From Candidatus Woesearchaeota archaeon (lineage in GTDB: Archaea > Nanobdellota > Nanobdellia > Woesearchaeales > DSVV01), in assembly GCA_016205905.1 (NCBI GenBank), contig JACQSP010000031.1:1-32875 (forward strand): DNA of 32,875 nt, given 5' to 3'. The notes below the pieces were generated by a model. The model made no database searches and was not told the origin of the DNA. It saw nothing but the letters and a program-made list of their open reading frames with translations. The position numbers and the translations under genes are program-made. Shown here one piece after another: positions 1 through 9,620 of this stretch (position 1 is its first letter; each line of letters starts with the position of its first letter).

Positions 1-46
1 GAAGCCGTTCGCCGATCGAGACGCCGAATCGTATAATATCGCTCAT
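1..46 (-). CDS. 5' end of a ribbon-helix-helix regulator, NikR/CopG-like (runs off the window edge)
   Basis: ATG at 46 reads MSDIIRFGVSIGERL, resembling the NikR N-terminal beta-strand (IRFGVSI). GGTGG RBS-like motif at about 56-60 and TATA-like TTTATATA at about 85-93. Only 15 codons are visible. Confidence 0.55.
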   Translation of the reverse strand, partial: MSDIIRFGVSIGERL

Positions 47-138
47 AGCGCTGTCCCACCGTTGGTAATATATAATATGTTGGTTATATAAATATTGTGA
101 AGTTTTGCTCAATTCTTTTGCTTAAGAAAAAAGAAAGT

Positions 139-1131
139 TTAATTGCCTTCAATTTTCTTACTTGGACAAAAATTATACTTATGCACTTGGTAAATCTGCA
201 AAGCTGAATAATCTTTAAGTATATCATTAAACTTTGTTTTAATGTTCATCATTATTTCCCTGAATTTTTCAGCTGTTTCTACTTCCATGTCTATTTCAAA
301 TTCCCATGGCCCTAATGCTTTTACAATGTAAATTATGTTGGGATTAACACGGCAATATTCTATTAATGATTTATCTCTATCTTCAGTAAGATTTTTCAGG
401 CCGATAAGGACTTTATAATGTATATATGGATAGGCTGACTCATTTGGTACAAAATTATAATGCCTGATTACACCTGATTTTTCTAATTTCTTGATTCTTT
501 CAGCAACAGCATCAGCGCTGATACCCACGATTTCACCCATATCAACAGAAGTTATCCTTGAATTGTTTGCCAGCTCCATTAAAATCTTCCAGTCTTTTGC
601 ATCCATTTTAACAGGAGCAGGAACAGCGCCGAAAAAAGATGTTCTGAAAGCACTTGGTTTTGTTTTACTGATAAGATAATCACGAACAAAATATTCGCCT
701 CTGATAATTGTTGCAATCTGCCTTTCTGAAATATATTCTCCAAACAGTTTATTTAGCTCGTTTAGGGTTTTGTCAAGATAAGCCATGTCAGTTGCCCATG
801 TTCCAAAGGCAAGGTCATACTTACCGTCACAGCTTACCACCCAAACAACATTTTGATTAGTTTTTAAGAATGTAATAAGCTCATTCTCTTTTTCTTTAGT
901 TAAATTCTGCAGCCTCAAAAAGTTTTTATGAATAGTAAACCCTAACTTAGAAATATCAATAACAGTGTAAAACGAAGAAATAATCCCTTCTTGAATTAAT
1001 CGCTTTATCCTAAAACCAACAACCTGCTTTGAAAGGCCTACTTTTTTCGCTATCTCTGAATTAGAATGCCTTGAATTAATATCTAATTCGTACAATATCT
1101 TTCTGTCTTTTGCATCTAACGTAATAACCAT
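139..1131 (-). CDS. Lrp/AsnC family transcriptional regulator with two HTH+RAM units
   Basis: Two Lrp HTH repeats: LDAKDRKILYELDINSR...IAKKVGLSKQVVGFRIKRL and MDAKDWKILMELANNSR...VAERIKKLEKSGVI. Start moved to ATG 1131 (MVITLD); the upstream 55 codons are AT-rich intergenic sequence. Confidence 0.9.
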   Translation of the reverse strand: MVITLDAKDRKILYELDINSRHSNSEIAKKVGLSKQVVGFRIKRLIQEGIISSFYTVIDISKLGFTIHKNFLRLQNLTKEKENELITFLKTNQNVVWVVSCDGKYDLAFGTWATDMAYLDKTLNELNKLFGEYISERQIATIIRGEYFVRDYLISKTKPSAFRTSFFGAVPAPVKMDAKDWKILMELANNSRITSVDMGEIVGISADAVAERIKKLEKSGVIRHYNFVPNESAYPYIHYKVLIGLKNLTEDRDKSLIEYCRVNPNIIYIVKALGPWEFEIDMEVETAEKFREIMMNIKTKFNDILKDYSALQIYQVHKYNFCPSKKIEGN

Positions 1132-1339
1132 CCATTTAGTATAAAATGGCTTTTTATATATAAATTTAACGATTTTGTAAAAAATAATCGTAAAAAGCTT
1201 TATATACTTAAGAGTGAAGTAACTACACAATAGTAAAAACAGAGAAAGATAATAAACAGAAAAGTAAAGTAAAATTGAAATCTCAAGTAAAAACATCTAA
1301 AACAAATGAACAATAAAATAAACATAAGGTGAAATAATT

Positions 1340-2374
1340 ATGCACATAAAATCTAATGAGAAAAAGCTTGAAATAACAAAAAGATTGGAAGAACTTGCTG
1401 AAATGGGAATGTTAGACAATACAATTACCATTTTAAATCTGCCTGCAGCAAATTACTGCGAAAAAAGAGCTGAAATGGTTGAACAACCAGATGGAACATT
1501 GGAACAATCTTGCAAAGGATGTGTTACACAAGGCATAATTTCAAAAAATAGGTTAACATTAGAACAGATAAAAAATATTATTGATTTCTTTGCAGATAAT
1601 TATGGAACGAGGTTTATAACAATTAATGGCAGGGGAGATCCATTTGAGCCGCGACTAAAAGAAGAAACATTAGAAAAGATAAGATATGCGTATACAAAAG
1701 GAATCCAAGCATATGTTTTTACTGCGGGCAATAATCTTGATGAAGCTACATGCAAATTTCTGGCAGAGCACAGGGTTAATGTAATGATTAGCCTTTATGG
1801 CAATCAGTTTATTGACGCTGATTTCTTCTCAGGAAAAGAATATCCTTCACCAAACAAACCATTACAAAATAAAGCGGAGATTGCAGCTAATTTAAGAAGA
1901 TTAATTGATACTTATCTAAGCACGGAAGGTCAAATTAAGGATAGAGCAGATAAAACAGATATAACAACAAGAATTGGAATGAATTATGTTGTGTCTGTAA
2001 AAGATTTAAGTGATCAGACAAAAATAAGAGCATTAAAAGAAGCTGCAAATCTCAATGGGATTTACTTTGTATCAAATACCAATTTTGAGCCGCATCCAAA
2101 TGCAGATATTCAAACACAATTGGAAAAATTAACTATTGAGTATAATAATTTTCATTTAAGGCATAGCACTGTTGTGAATGGCCAATGTCAAATGGGTGCT
2201 GGCTCATCTGCAACAGTTGACTTTGATGGTGAATTGTATAGGTGTCCATACATGAGTGGAAAAGGAGATGGAAATTTCATAAAGCTGACAACAGAAGCAG
2301 TTAAAAACATAATTGAAGGATATATGCAAAACAGGCAATATGTATGTGTAATGCGAAGAACATTGAAAAAGTAG
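1340..2374 (+). CDS. Radical SAM-like protein with C-terminal SPASM/twitch-like Cys region and atypical Cx17Cx2C motif
   Basis: C40-x17-C58-x2-C61, then LTLEQIKNIID, ITINGRGDP (GGEP-like), VFTAG and VMISLYG. C-terminal C-x-G...TVDFDGELYRCP...C. AGGTGA RBS upstream. Confidence 0.7.
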   Translation: MHIKSNEKKLEITKRLEELAEMGMLDNTITILNLPAANYCEKRAEMVEQPDGTLEQSCKGCVTQGIISKNRLTLEQIKNIIDFFADNYGTRFITINGRGDPFEPRLKEETLEKIRYAYTKGIQAYVFTAGNNLDEATCKFLAEHRVNVMISLYGNQFIDADFFSGKEYPSPNKPLQNKAEIAANLRRLIDTYLSTEGQIKDRADKTDITTRIGMNYVVSVKDLSDQTKIRALKEAANLNGIYFVSNTNFEPHPNADIQTQLEKLTIEYNNFHLRHSTVVNGQCQMGAGSSATVDFDGELYRCPYMSGKGDGNFIKLTTEAVKNIIEGYMQNRQYVCVMRRTLKK

Positions 2375-2408
2375 TAATCTTTTCTTTGTTTTGAAATTTG
2401 TTTTTTTT

Positions 2409-2820
2409 TAGTTCCTGGGCGAAGCCACCCGTCTTACGAAAAATGTTTGAAAGTTAGAAAGCTTGACAGCTTGAAAGTGCTGCCTATATAGCGTACATTC
2501 GAGCTTTCAGACTTTCAAGCTTTCAAACAGTTTCATGTGACGGTGGACTGCGTCCTATAGTAAGTGACCTTAAGGTTTTATATAAATCGTGTCACTTACT
2601 ATATATAACAAACACAGTAACTTTCAGTAATAACTTGTTGTGTTTGTTATATTGAACGAACTGAACAATATTGATCAATAGTTTCAGTTCGTTAGCTATT
2701 CGCGGACTTTAACAAAATTAATCCAAAAATTAAAGTCCGCCACTACACATACGTGCTGTGAGCAAATAACTCGCTATGGACCAGAAAAGATAATAAGAAA
2801 CAGAATTTTAGCTAAACAAA
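2409..2820 (+). repeat. REP/REPIN-like structured element, copy 1 (TTGAAAG-heptamer hairpin plus inserted palindrome array)
   Basis: Box A TAGTTCCTGGGCGAAGCCA (2409-2427), hairpin 2444-2530, box B TTCATGTGACGGTGGACTGCGTCC (2532-2555), ACGTGCTGTGAGC (2751-2763) and tail GAAACAGAATTTTAGCTAAACAA. Each is shared with one or more of the copies at 23055, 31126 and 32772. Confidence 0.85.
2556..2742. repeat. Tandem array of four different palindromes (about 45-48 bp each)
   Basis: Perfect arms at 2556-2568/2591-2603 (13 bp), 2604-2616/2639-2651 (13 bp), 2655-2665/2683-2693 (11 bp) and 2702-2712/2730-2740 (11 bp). Confidence 0.9.
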
Positions 2821-2849
2821 TACAAAGAAAGTTAATAAAACAAATAAAT

Positions 2850-5375
2850 TCATCTATTCAAATACTGCTGCTTATAGACTTCCACAGCACCTTCTAATCC
2901 AAGCAAGATTGCCCTGTCAACTGCCATTGAAATAGTCATTGTATCTGCAAATAAAGGATTTTCTGAACGTGATGGATCTCTTGGATTGTTGACAACTGCC
3001 ATTATACCGCCAACTCTTACATCATATCCCTTAAGTTTTGCAAGATGAGCAACAGCAGACATCAGTGCAATCTCCATTTCTGAGCCATAAACAGTATCAT
3101 GCATAACCTTGCCTCTGGTAATCAGTCTTTTCTTTCTGACTCCCTCTGGCTCTATTTGAAATGCCTGATAAGCCTCACTAAATAATGTTGTTTTTGAGAA
3201 AACAGGGCCAACATGAAATTTGTCTTCGTCAAATCCAAGCCTTTCGACAGCGGTTAGTATACAATTTCTTATTTCAGAATCACACAAATAAGATTTAACT
3301 ATTTCTGCCTCTGATAATTTATAATCTAAACTGTCTGAAAAATATTTAATCAAATCTGCAGTATGTGCTGCAAATTTGTTATATGCATTATCAAGAGGAG
3401 AATTATGGAATATGCTTCTTATCCTGCTTCTTACGCTGGTTGCAGCGCCAGTACTATTTAATTCTAAAACACAGTCAACAAGATTTTCAAGTATCAGCAG
3501 AGCACCAAGCCTTAGATGGTTGGCAGCGGTATCATGCGGAGTTTCAATTAAATCACTCACACTTCCAAACGGACAGTAGGTTTCAGTTGCAACAATTAAA
3601 TCACCGCCATAAACTTTTTTATTGTGCGAACCGCATGTTCCTATTCTAATTAAGTTCAATGGCATTCCGGGATTGGCTTTCGCACTTCTTTCAATTTGAG
3701 CAAACAAATTTTTGAATGCATTTTTGGCATTTATGTAAGTATCAACTATTTCCATAGTTGTAATTTCTGTGCTTCCAAAACCCATTCCTGATGTTGCAAC
3801 TGCAATAGGGATTTTGTACTCTTTTCCGTCAATGATTCTGATAAGATAACCTTTGCCTATCGGCAGGCCTCTTCCTGTCTTTACGTGCCTGGTCATTATA
3901 TCCAGCATCCTGTACAGCCTGTTAGTTCTGTCAGGCTCTCCACTTATAAGAATAGTTGTTGGCTCATTGTTCTCAATAAATTCAGTTGTCATACCAAGAT
4001 GATGCGTTGGTTTAGAGACAATCTTTAATGGTTCAGTCTGTGCTGTAGTAAAAACTGTTGCATTAGATGTTGTTCCAGTGGAAGTTGCTGCAGAAGGAGT
4101 TATTGCATCTGAAGCAGGTTCATGTTTTTTACCAGTTATTTCAACCACGCTTGAAACACCACCTGTTTTTGCATTTATTTCTCTTATTCTTCTTTCGCAC
4201 AATTCTTCTAACGCTTTTGATGTGTTCGGACATCCTGCAAACAAGAAATCTTTTTGTTTTATCAAGTCTTGAATTATACTGTCTTCAATCTCCTTCCATG
4301 CTGAATGAATCTCACGCCATTCTTGGACTGTTGAAACATTGCCTAAAGGATAGCGCTCATTAATTGCATCTTGGAGAGCAAACCCACCTTGTGCAAGTTT
4401 TTTTAGCTGCTCCCATGATTCAGCAACCTCTTTTAAATGGCCTCTGAATGCGCTTCTTCTTTTTCCGCCGTCATAAATTACACAAGATTCAAGAACATAC
4501 TCTGGCCTCGTCAATAATTCTCGCACAAATTCAGGTGTTGTTAGCGCATCTTCATGATAAGTAAGGAAATCAGTATCTGGAATTTTTATTTTCACAGGCG
4601 ATGTTTTTTTGGCTAAACCGAATCTTCCTTCCATATATAAAACATTTGCCCTGAGATTAGCAGCAAACACATCATTAAATTCTTCTTTTCCAAATAGTTC
4701 AGCAATAATTTCCTCTGTTTTGTTGACACCGATACTAAAAAAATTAAGTGAGTTTAATGTGTAACCCCTTTGCTTCATTTCTGAAAGAAAATTAATTAAA
4801 CCATGCTGCAATGAAGTTCCTGTTGCTACAATATCCCCGAAAAACAAGTCAACACTTCTCGGTTCTTTTTCTGCTTCAAATAATTTTTTGTATCCGTCAA
4901 GCACAATGGCCCAATCATCGCTTTCAGTATTTTGTGCATTTGGAATTCGTTTTCTTTGGCTGGATAAATAATGTTCAATTGTCCTTATTCCTATCTCACC
5001 TAAACCGCTTGTTGGATCAAAATTAAGGCCGCCTCTTAGAATAAACAACACGTCAGCAAAGTTCCTGCCAGCAACCAATGTTTGTTCTATAATCTCTCTT
5101 AATCCGCTTCTTGAGATTGCAGAGCCAATGCCCTGCTGAAGCATTCCTTCAAACTCAGGAGAAACAATATCTGATTGTGTTGTAATTTGCTGTGTCTGCG
5201 ATGTGGAAACAATGTATCTTTTTATCCTCGGATCGAGAGTATCATTTTTCTCAGTTCTTGGTTTCTCTTGTTTGGTATTTTTAACATCTTCAACATCTTT
5301 TTCGTCAGAAACAAGCTCGTACAAAGATACGCCCGGTGTTCTGCTTATTACTCTTAGCACATCTCTTTTTCCCAT
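2850..5375 (-). CDS. Fusion of an N-terminal type I phosphoribosyltransferase (UPRT-like) domain and a C-terminal uridine/purine nucleoside phosphorylase (NP-I) domain
   Basis: N-half has FILRGGLNF and the PRPP-loop-like FFGDIVATGTSL. A Thr/Ser/Ala linker follows. C-half has ISGEPDR, TSGMGFGSTEI, IRIGTCGS, GDLIVA and SEMEIA. AGGTGG RBS. Confidence 0.7.
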   Translation of the reverse strand: MGKRDVLRVISRTPGVSLYELVSDEKDVEDVKNTKQEKPRTEKNDTLDPRIKRYIVSTSQTQQITTQSDIVSPEFEGMLQQGIGSAISRSGLREIIEQTLVAGRNFADVLFILRGGLNFDPTSGLGEIGIRTIEHYLSSQRKRIPNAQNTESDDWAIVLDGYKKLFEAEKEPRSVDLFFGDIVATGTSLQHGLINFLSEMKQRGYTLNSLNFFSIGVNKTEEIIAELFGKEEFNDVFAANLRANVLYMEGRFGLAKKTSPVKIKIPDTDFLTYHEDALTTPEFVRELLTRPEYVLESCVIYDGGKRRSAFRGHLKEVAESWEQLKKLAQGGFALQDAINERYPLGNVSTVQEWREIHSAWKEIEDSIIQDLIKQKDFLFAGCPNTSKALEELCERRIREINAKTGGVSSVVEITGKKHEPASDAITPSAATSTGTTSNATVFTTAQTEPLKIVSKPTHHLGMTTEFIENNEPTTILISGEPDRTNRLYRMLDIMTRHVKTGRGLPIGKGYLIRIIDGKEYKIPIAVATSGMGFGSTEITTMEIVDTYINAKNAFKNLFAQIERSAKANPGMPLNLIRIGTCGSHNKKVYGGDLIVATETYCPFGSVSDLIETPHDTAANHLRLGALLILENLVDCVLELNSTGAATSVRSRIRSIFHNSPLDNAYNKFAAHTADLIKYFSDSLDYKLSEAEIVKSYLCDSEIRNCILTAVERLGFDEDKFHVGPVFSKTTLFSEAYQAFQIEPEGVRKKRLITRGKVMHDTVYGSEMEIALMSAVAHLAKLKGYDVRVGGIMAVVNNPRDPSRSENPLFADTMTISMAVDRAILLGLEGAVEVYKQQYLNR

Positions 5376-5598
5376 CTTTCCACCTTTTTTAAGTGTTATT
5401 TTTTATTAAATATTTAGTTAACATATCTGTTATTATATTAAGTAGTTAACACCGAATTGATAGAAAACTTAAAATTGATATATAAACATTATTAGTTTCT
5501 ATTATATTCAATGAGTTGTATGTAATGATTTATATATAAGAAAATCATTCTTTATTATACGACAGGAATTTATATGATTGGAATTTATATAATTAACA

Positions 5599-6054
5599 AT
5601 GAATAATATGATTAATACCCTATCTGACAAAAAGAATGTAATTGAATTATCAGGATGCGCAATCATAAAAGACAACAAGCTTTTATTACTTTACAGAACA
5701 ACACATAAGCATTATGAGTTCCCTGGCGGCAAAATCCAGCCAAATGAAACCATTGAAAGGGCTGCAATAAGAGAAGCAAAGGAAGAAATAGGATGTGATG
5801 TTGAGCTTGTTAAATATCTTGGCTTTAAGGAATTTACTGCAAATATTAGCACAGCAAATACAGGCTCTCTTAAAGGTATGCGCAATCTTAAAGGCCATGT
5901 ATTTCTCGCGAATATAACCAAAGGTGAGCCATGTGTTAATGAACCAGAATCATTTGAAAACGTAACTTGGATGCCGTTAAGTGAACATAAACAATATAAT
6001 CTTGCTGAGAATGTGAAGATGTTTATTGATGAGATTGTGAAGTTAAAGAGATAG
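5599..6054 (+). CDS. NUDIX hydrolase
   Basis: Nudix box EFPGGKIQPNETIERAAIREAKEEIG. Confidence 0.92.
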   Translation: MNNMINTLSDKKNVIELSGCAIIKDNKLLLLYRTTHKHYEFPGGKIQPNETIERAAIREAKEEIGCDVELVKYLGFKEFTANISTANTGSLKGMRNLKGHVFLANITKGEPCVNEPESFENVTWMPLSEHKQYNLAENVKMFIDEIVKLKR

Positions 6055-6324
6055 ATTAACCTCTTTTCTTGTATTAATAAGCCTTGATTTGTAAATATCT
6101 TTCAACAATGCTTTTGTATCCATATCAGCCCAACCACCTGCACAGCTCATCATTCTTTTTCTCCTTTCCATTTGATCTAGAGAGTTGTCTACTGCATAGG
6201 TTATTGCATTAGTTATCTTGACTTTACTAAGTCCTTTCAGTGTTTTATTTTTTTCTAACATTTTTTGCAGTTTTAATATTTCTTTGTATGTATCTTCTGA
6301 TACTTTTATTGTTTTTAGTTTCAT
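6043..6324 (-). CDS. Small DNA-binding protein, VapB/DUF217-like antitoxin
   Basis: 93 aa from ATG 6324 (AGGTGG RBS): MKLKTIKVSEDTYKEILKLQK...AGGWADMD...IYKSR, typical of archaeal VapB-like antitoxins. No PIN toxin is adjacent. Confidence 0.6.
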   Translation of the reverse strand: MKLKTIKVSEDTYKEILKLQKMLEKNKTLKGLSKVKITNAITYAVDNSLDQMERRKRMMSCAGGWADMDTKALLKDIYKSRLINTRKEVNLSL

Positions 6325-6582
6325 ATTACCACCTTTAGTGGTATAAAAGTGGTAATAGTATTTATATTTTCCCATAGTCATAGAGTAGAACTGCTTAATA
6401 TAAATATCGCCAAAATTTCCGTAAGATTTTCGAAAGTTAGTTGTAAGTATTATTGTTTTCCGAAAAGTGTATTTAAATGTCGTGAAATTATACGAAAAAT
6501 TTTTGCCAAAACTGAAAAATTTCCGTAAAAAACTTTGGTGCACCATCATCTTTAAATATAAAAACATACTTTGTGATTAAAC

Positions 6583-9096
6583 ATGACAGATAAAGAACTG
6601 AAAAAAGAATTCAAGGCAGTTGCAAGCAAGGCACCTGACAAATATTACGCTACCTCTGTTCTTAAACAGGAAGGTTTTGCCAGGAAACAGTGCAAATGCG
6701 GCACATTTTTCTGGACAGTTAACAATGAACAAAAAACATGCGGTGATCCAAGTTGCTCAGGCGGATTTAAATTCATTGGAGAAGGTCTTGTTAAAGAAAA
6801 GTTAGATTACATAGAAATATGGAATAAATTTTCTCAGCATTTTAAAAAATTAGGCTACACACCTATCCAAAGATATCCTGTAACAGCCAGATGGAGAAAT
6901 GATACTGATTTTGTCCAAGCTTCAATTTATGATTTCCAGCCTTATGTTGTTTCAGGCGAGGTTAAACCGCCTGCTAATCCATTAGTTGTCCCGCAATTCT
7001 GTTTAAGGTTTAATGATATTGATAATGTAGGCGTTACAGGAGCGCATTTTACAGGGTTTGTAATGATTGGCCAGCATGCATTTATGCCGCCTGATAAATT
7101 TGACCAGAAGAAATATTTCAGCGATATTCATTCTTGGCTTACTAAAGGCCTAAAACTTCCAAATAAAGAAATAACATACCATGAGGACGCATGGGCTGGC
7201 GGCGGTAATTTTGGGCCGTGTATGGAATTTTTCAGTCGTGGCTTAGAATTAGGAAACCAAGTTTATATGCAGTACGAAGTTCTGCCAAACAGCCAGAAAA
7301 AAGAGCTTAATCTAAAAGTCCTTGACATGGGTATGGGGCATGAAAGAAATGCATGGTTTGCATCAGCAACTTCGACAAGTTATGACGCTGTTTTTCCAAC
7401 TGTTTGTAAAAAACTTTACAGTGCAACTGGTGTTAAAGTAGACAATGAACTTATGAAAAAATTCCTGCCGTATGCGTCATATCTAAACGTTGATGAGGTG
7501 GAAGATATAAATAAGGCATGGCAAAACGTCGCAAAAAAAGTTGGCGTAACTCCAAAAGAGATTAAAGAGTTTGTTCTGCCTCTTTCAGGAATTTATTCTA
7601 TTGGCGACCACACAAGAAGCCTGCTTGTCGCATTAAACGACGGCGCACTCCCAAGCAATGTTGGTGGAGGATATAATTTAAGAGTAATTTTAAGACGAGC
7701 TCTTGGATTTATTGACAAGTATGGTTGGGATATTGATTTAATAAAAGTTGCAGAATGGCACGCTGAATATCTGAAAAAATTATTTCCAGAGCTAAATGAA
7801 AATCTTAACGAAGTCAGCGAGATATTAAAGGTAGAACAAATAAAATATTAAAACACTAAACAAAAATCTCATCTAATTGTTGAGAAATTAATCAAGGAAA
7901 AAAAGAAGATAACAACAGAAAACCTGCTTGAGCTTTATGATACTCAAGGCATTTCTCCTGAGCTTATAAGAGACGAAGCTTTAAAACAAAGCATTAATGT
8001 AAAAGTTCCTGATAATTTTTATGCGAAGATTGCAGAAATGCATGAGAAGAAAGAGCAGGTTCATGCAACACAGAAAGAGGAAAGGTTAAACTTAAACGGG
8101 ATTCCTGAAACAAAATGCCTTTATTTTGACGACTGGAAATTAACTAAATTTAAGGGAAAAGTTCTGAAAGTAATTGACAACAAAGTTATTCTTGACCAGA
8201 CTGCATTTTATCCGACATCTGGCGGCCAATTGCATGATACAGGAACATTGCAAAATGAACAAGTGATAGATATATTTAAGCAGGGCAATGTAATTGTGCA
8301 TGTTTTAGAAACCAAACATGAATTTCCAGTTGGAGAATCATTGGCAGGGGAGATTGACTTAAACAGAAGACAGCAACTAGCACAGCATCATACTGCAACA
8401 CATATTATTAATGCTGCTGCCCGAAGAATTCTTGGAAAACATATTAATCAGGCTGGCGCAAAGAAAACACCTGAAAAAGCGCATATTGACATCACACATT
8501 ATAATTCTTTAAACAATGAAGAAATAAAAAAAATCGAAGACGAAGCAAACAAAATAGTTAATGAAGATATTGAAGTAAGAAAAAAGTTTTATTCTAGAGA
8601 TGAAGCAGAAAAGAAGTTTGGAATGAGCATTTATCAGGGTGGTGCTGTGCCTGGAAACAGATTAAGGATAGTAGAGATTCCAGAAGTGGATGTAGAAGCA
8701 TGCGGAGGCACACATTTAAACTCAACCAAAGAAACAGGAGAAATAAAAATCCTAAAAGCTTCAAAAATACAGGATGGCATTGTAAGGATAGAATTTACTG
8801 CAGGAAAAGCAGCAAAGAAAGAAGAGCATTGTCAGGAAGCATTATTAAGCGAACTTTGCAGGGAATTATATTGTAAAGATATTAAATTAATTCCTTCAAG
8901 AGCAGAAGAGTTGTTTGGCTTGTGGAAAGACGTTGTAAAAAAGAAAAAACAGGTTGATAAAAAACTATTGACATCAACAAAAGAAGTCAATGGTTCATGC
9001 GATGACCTCCTCGCAAAAACCTGCGAAGTTCTCAGAACACAGCCAGAGCATTTAACCAAAACAATAAGAAGGTTTAAGAAAGAGATTGGGATGTGA
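6583..9096 (+). pseudogene. alaS: Alanine--tRNA ligase (archaeal type) interrupted by one in-frame TAA at 7849-7851
   Basis: Motifs ARWRNDTDFVQASIYDFQP, QFCLRFNDIDNVG, DMGMGHER, DHTR and GGGYNLRVILRR. The frame continues past the TAA through LYDTQGISPE into the editing domain (YPTSGGQ, HTATH, EACGGTH). ORFs 6583-7851 and 8038-9096 share a frame with no other stop. Confidence 0.93.
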
Positions 9097-9152
9097 AAAT
9101 TAGATGATTGTATGATTAAACCCCCTAATTATATTTTTAGAAAAATATTAAG

Positions 9153-9620
9153 ATGATAATTGAAACAAACGTCACTAAACTATTAGATTCAAAAGGAATT
9201 AAATATAAACTTCTTCCTCATACCAAACCTGTTTTTACTTGTGAAGAGGCTGCTAAAGAAAGGAATGTCCCTGTTGATGAAATGATTAAATGTATTCTTT
9301 TAGTAGATAAAGAGAAAAAATATTATTTGGCGTGCTTAACATCTGATAAAAAGTTAAATCCACAAAAAGTAAGAGAATTAGTAGGATGTTCAAGATTAAG
9401 TTTTGCGCCAAAAAATGATATTGAAGAGGTATTAGGATATCAATTAGGCGCAATCCCGCCATTGTTATTAAAAACAACAATTCCTATTCTCTTTGATAAG
9501 ATTATTCAAAAAAAAGAAAAAGTAAACATTAGCTCTGGCAACCCATTAGCAGGTATAGAATTAGATTCAAAAACCCTGATTAACTTAATAGAACCATTTA
9601 TTGGGGATATAAGCGATTAA
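9153..9620 (+). CDS. YbaK/ProX/EbsC family aminoacyl-tRNA deacylase
   Basis: H-x-PVFTCEEAA, MIKCILL, LSFA, LGYQLGAIPP and SSG...IEL motifs. Confidence 0.88.
   Translation: MIIETNVTKLLDSKGIKYKLLPHTKPVFTCEEAAKERNVPVDEMIKCILLVDKEKKYYLACLTSDKKLNPQKVRELVGCSRLSFAPKNDIEEVLGYQLGAIPPLLLKTTIPILFDKIIQKKEKVNISSGNPLAGIELDSKTLINLIEPFIGDISD

Noticed and set aside
1..62. GC-rich stretch resembling the 5' end of archaeal SRP RNA (GGTGGG...TTCGGCGTC) or a tRNA
   Set aside because: It lacks the complementary CGCCGA loop and a cloverleaf. It is better explained as RBS plus ATG of a NikR-like CDS.
1132..1296. 55-codon N-terminal extension of the Lrp ORF; likewise extensions at 6325-6567, 14063-14134 and 19381-19443
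   Set aside because: AT-rich promoter DNA that happens to be open; better starts with RBS/TATA or domain boundaries lie downstream.
2556..2742. Possible CRISPR array or integron attC array
   Set aside because: No repeated direct-repeat sequence, no cas or integrase gene, and no clear RYYYAAC/GTTRRRY boxes.
7849..7851. Genome-wide stop-codon reassignment or Sec/Pyl recoding
   Set aside because: The codon is TAA, not TGA or TAG, and TAA terminates other intact genes here, such as glyS and purA.
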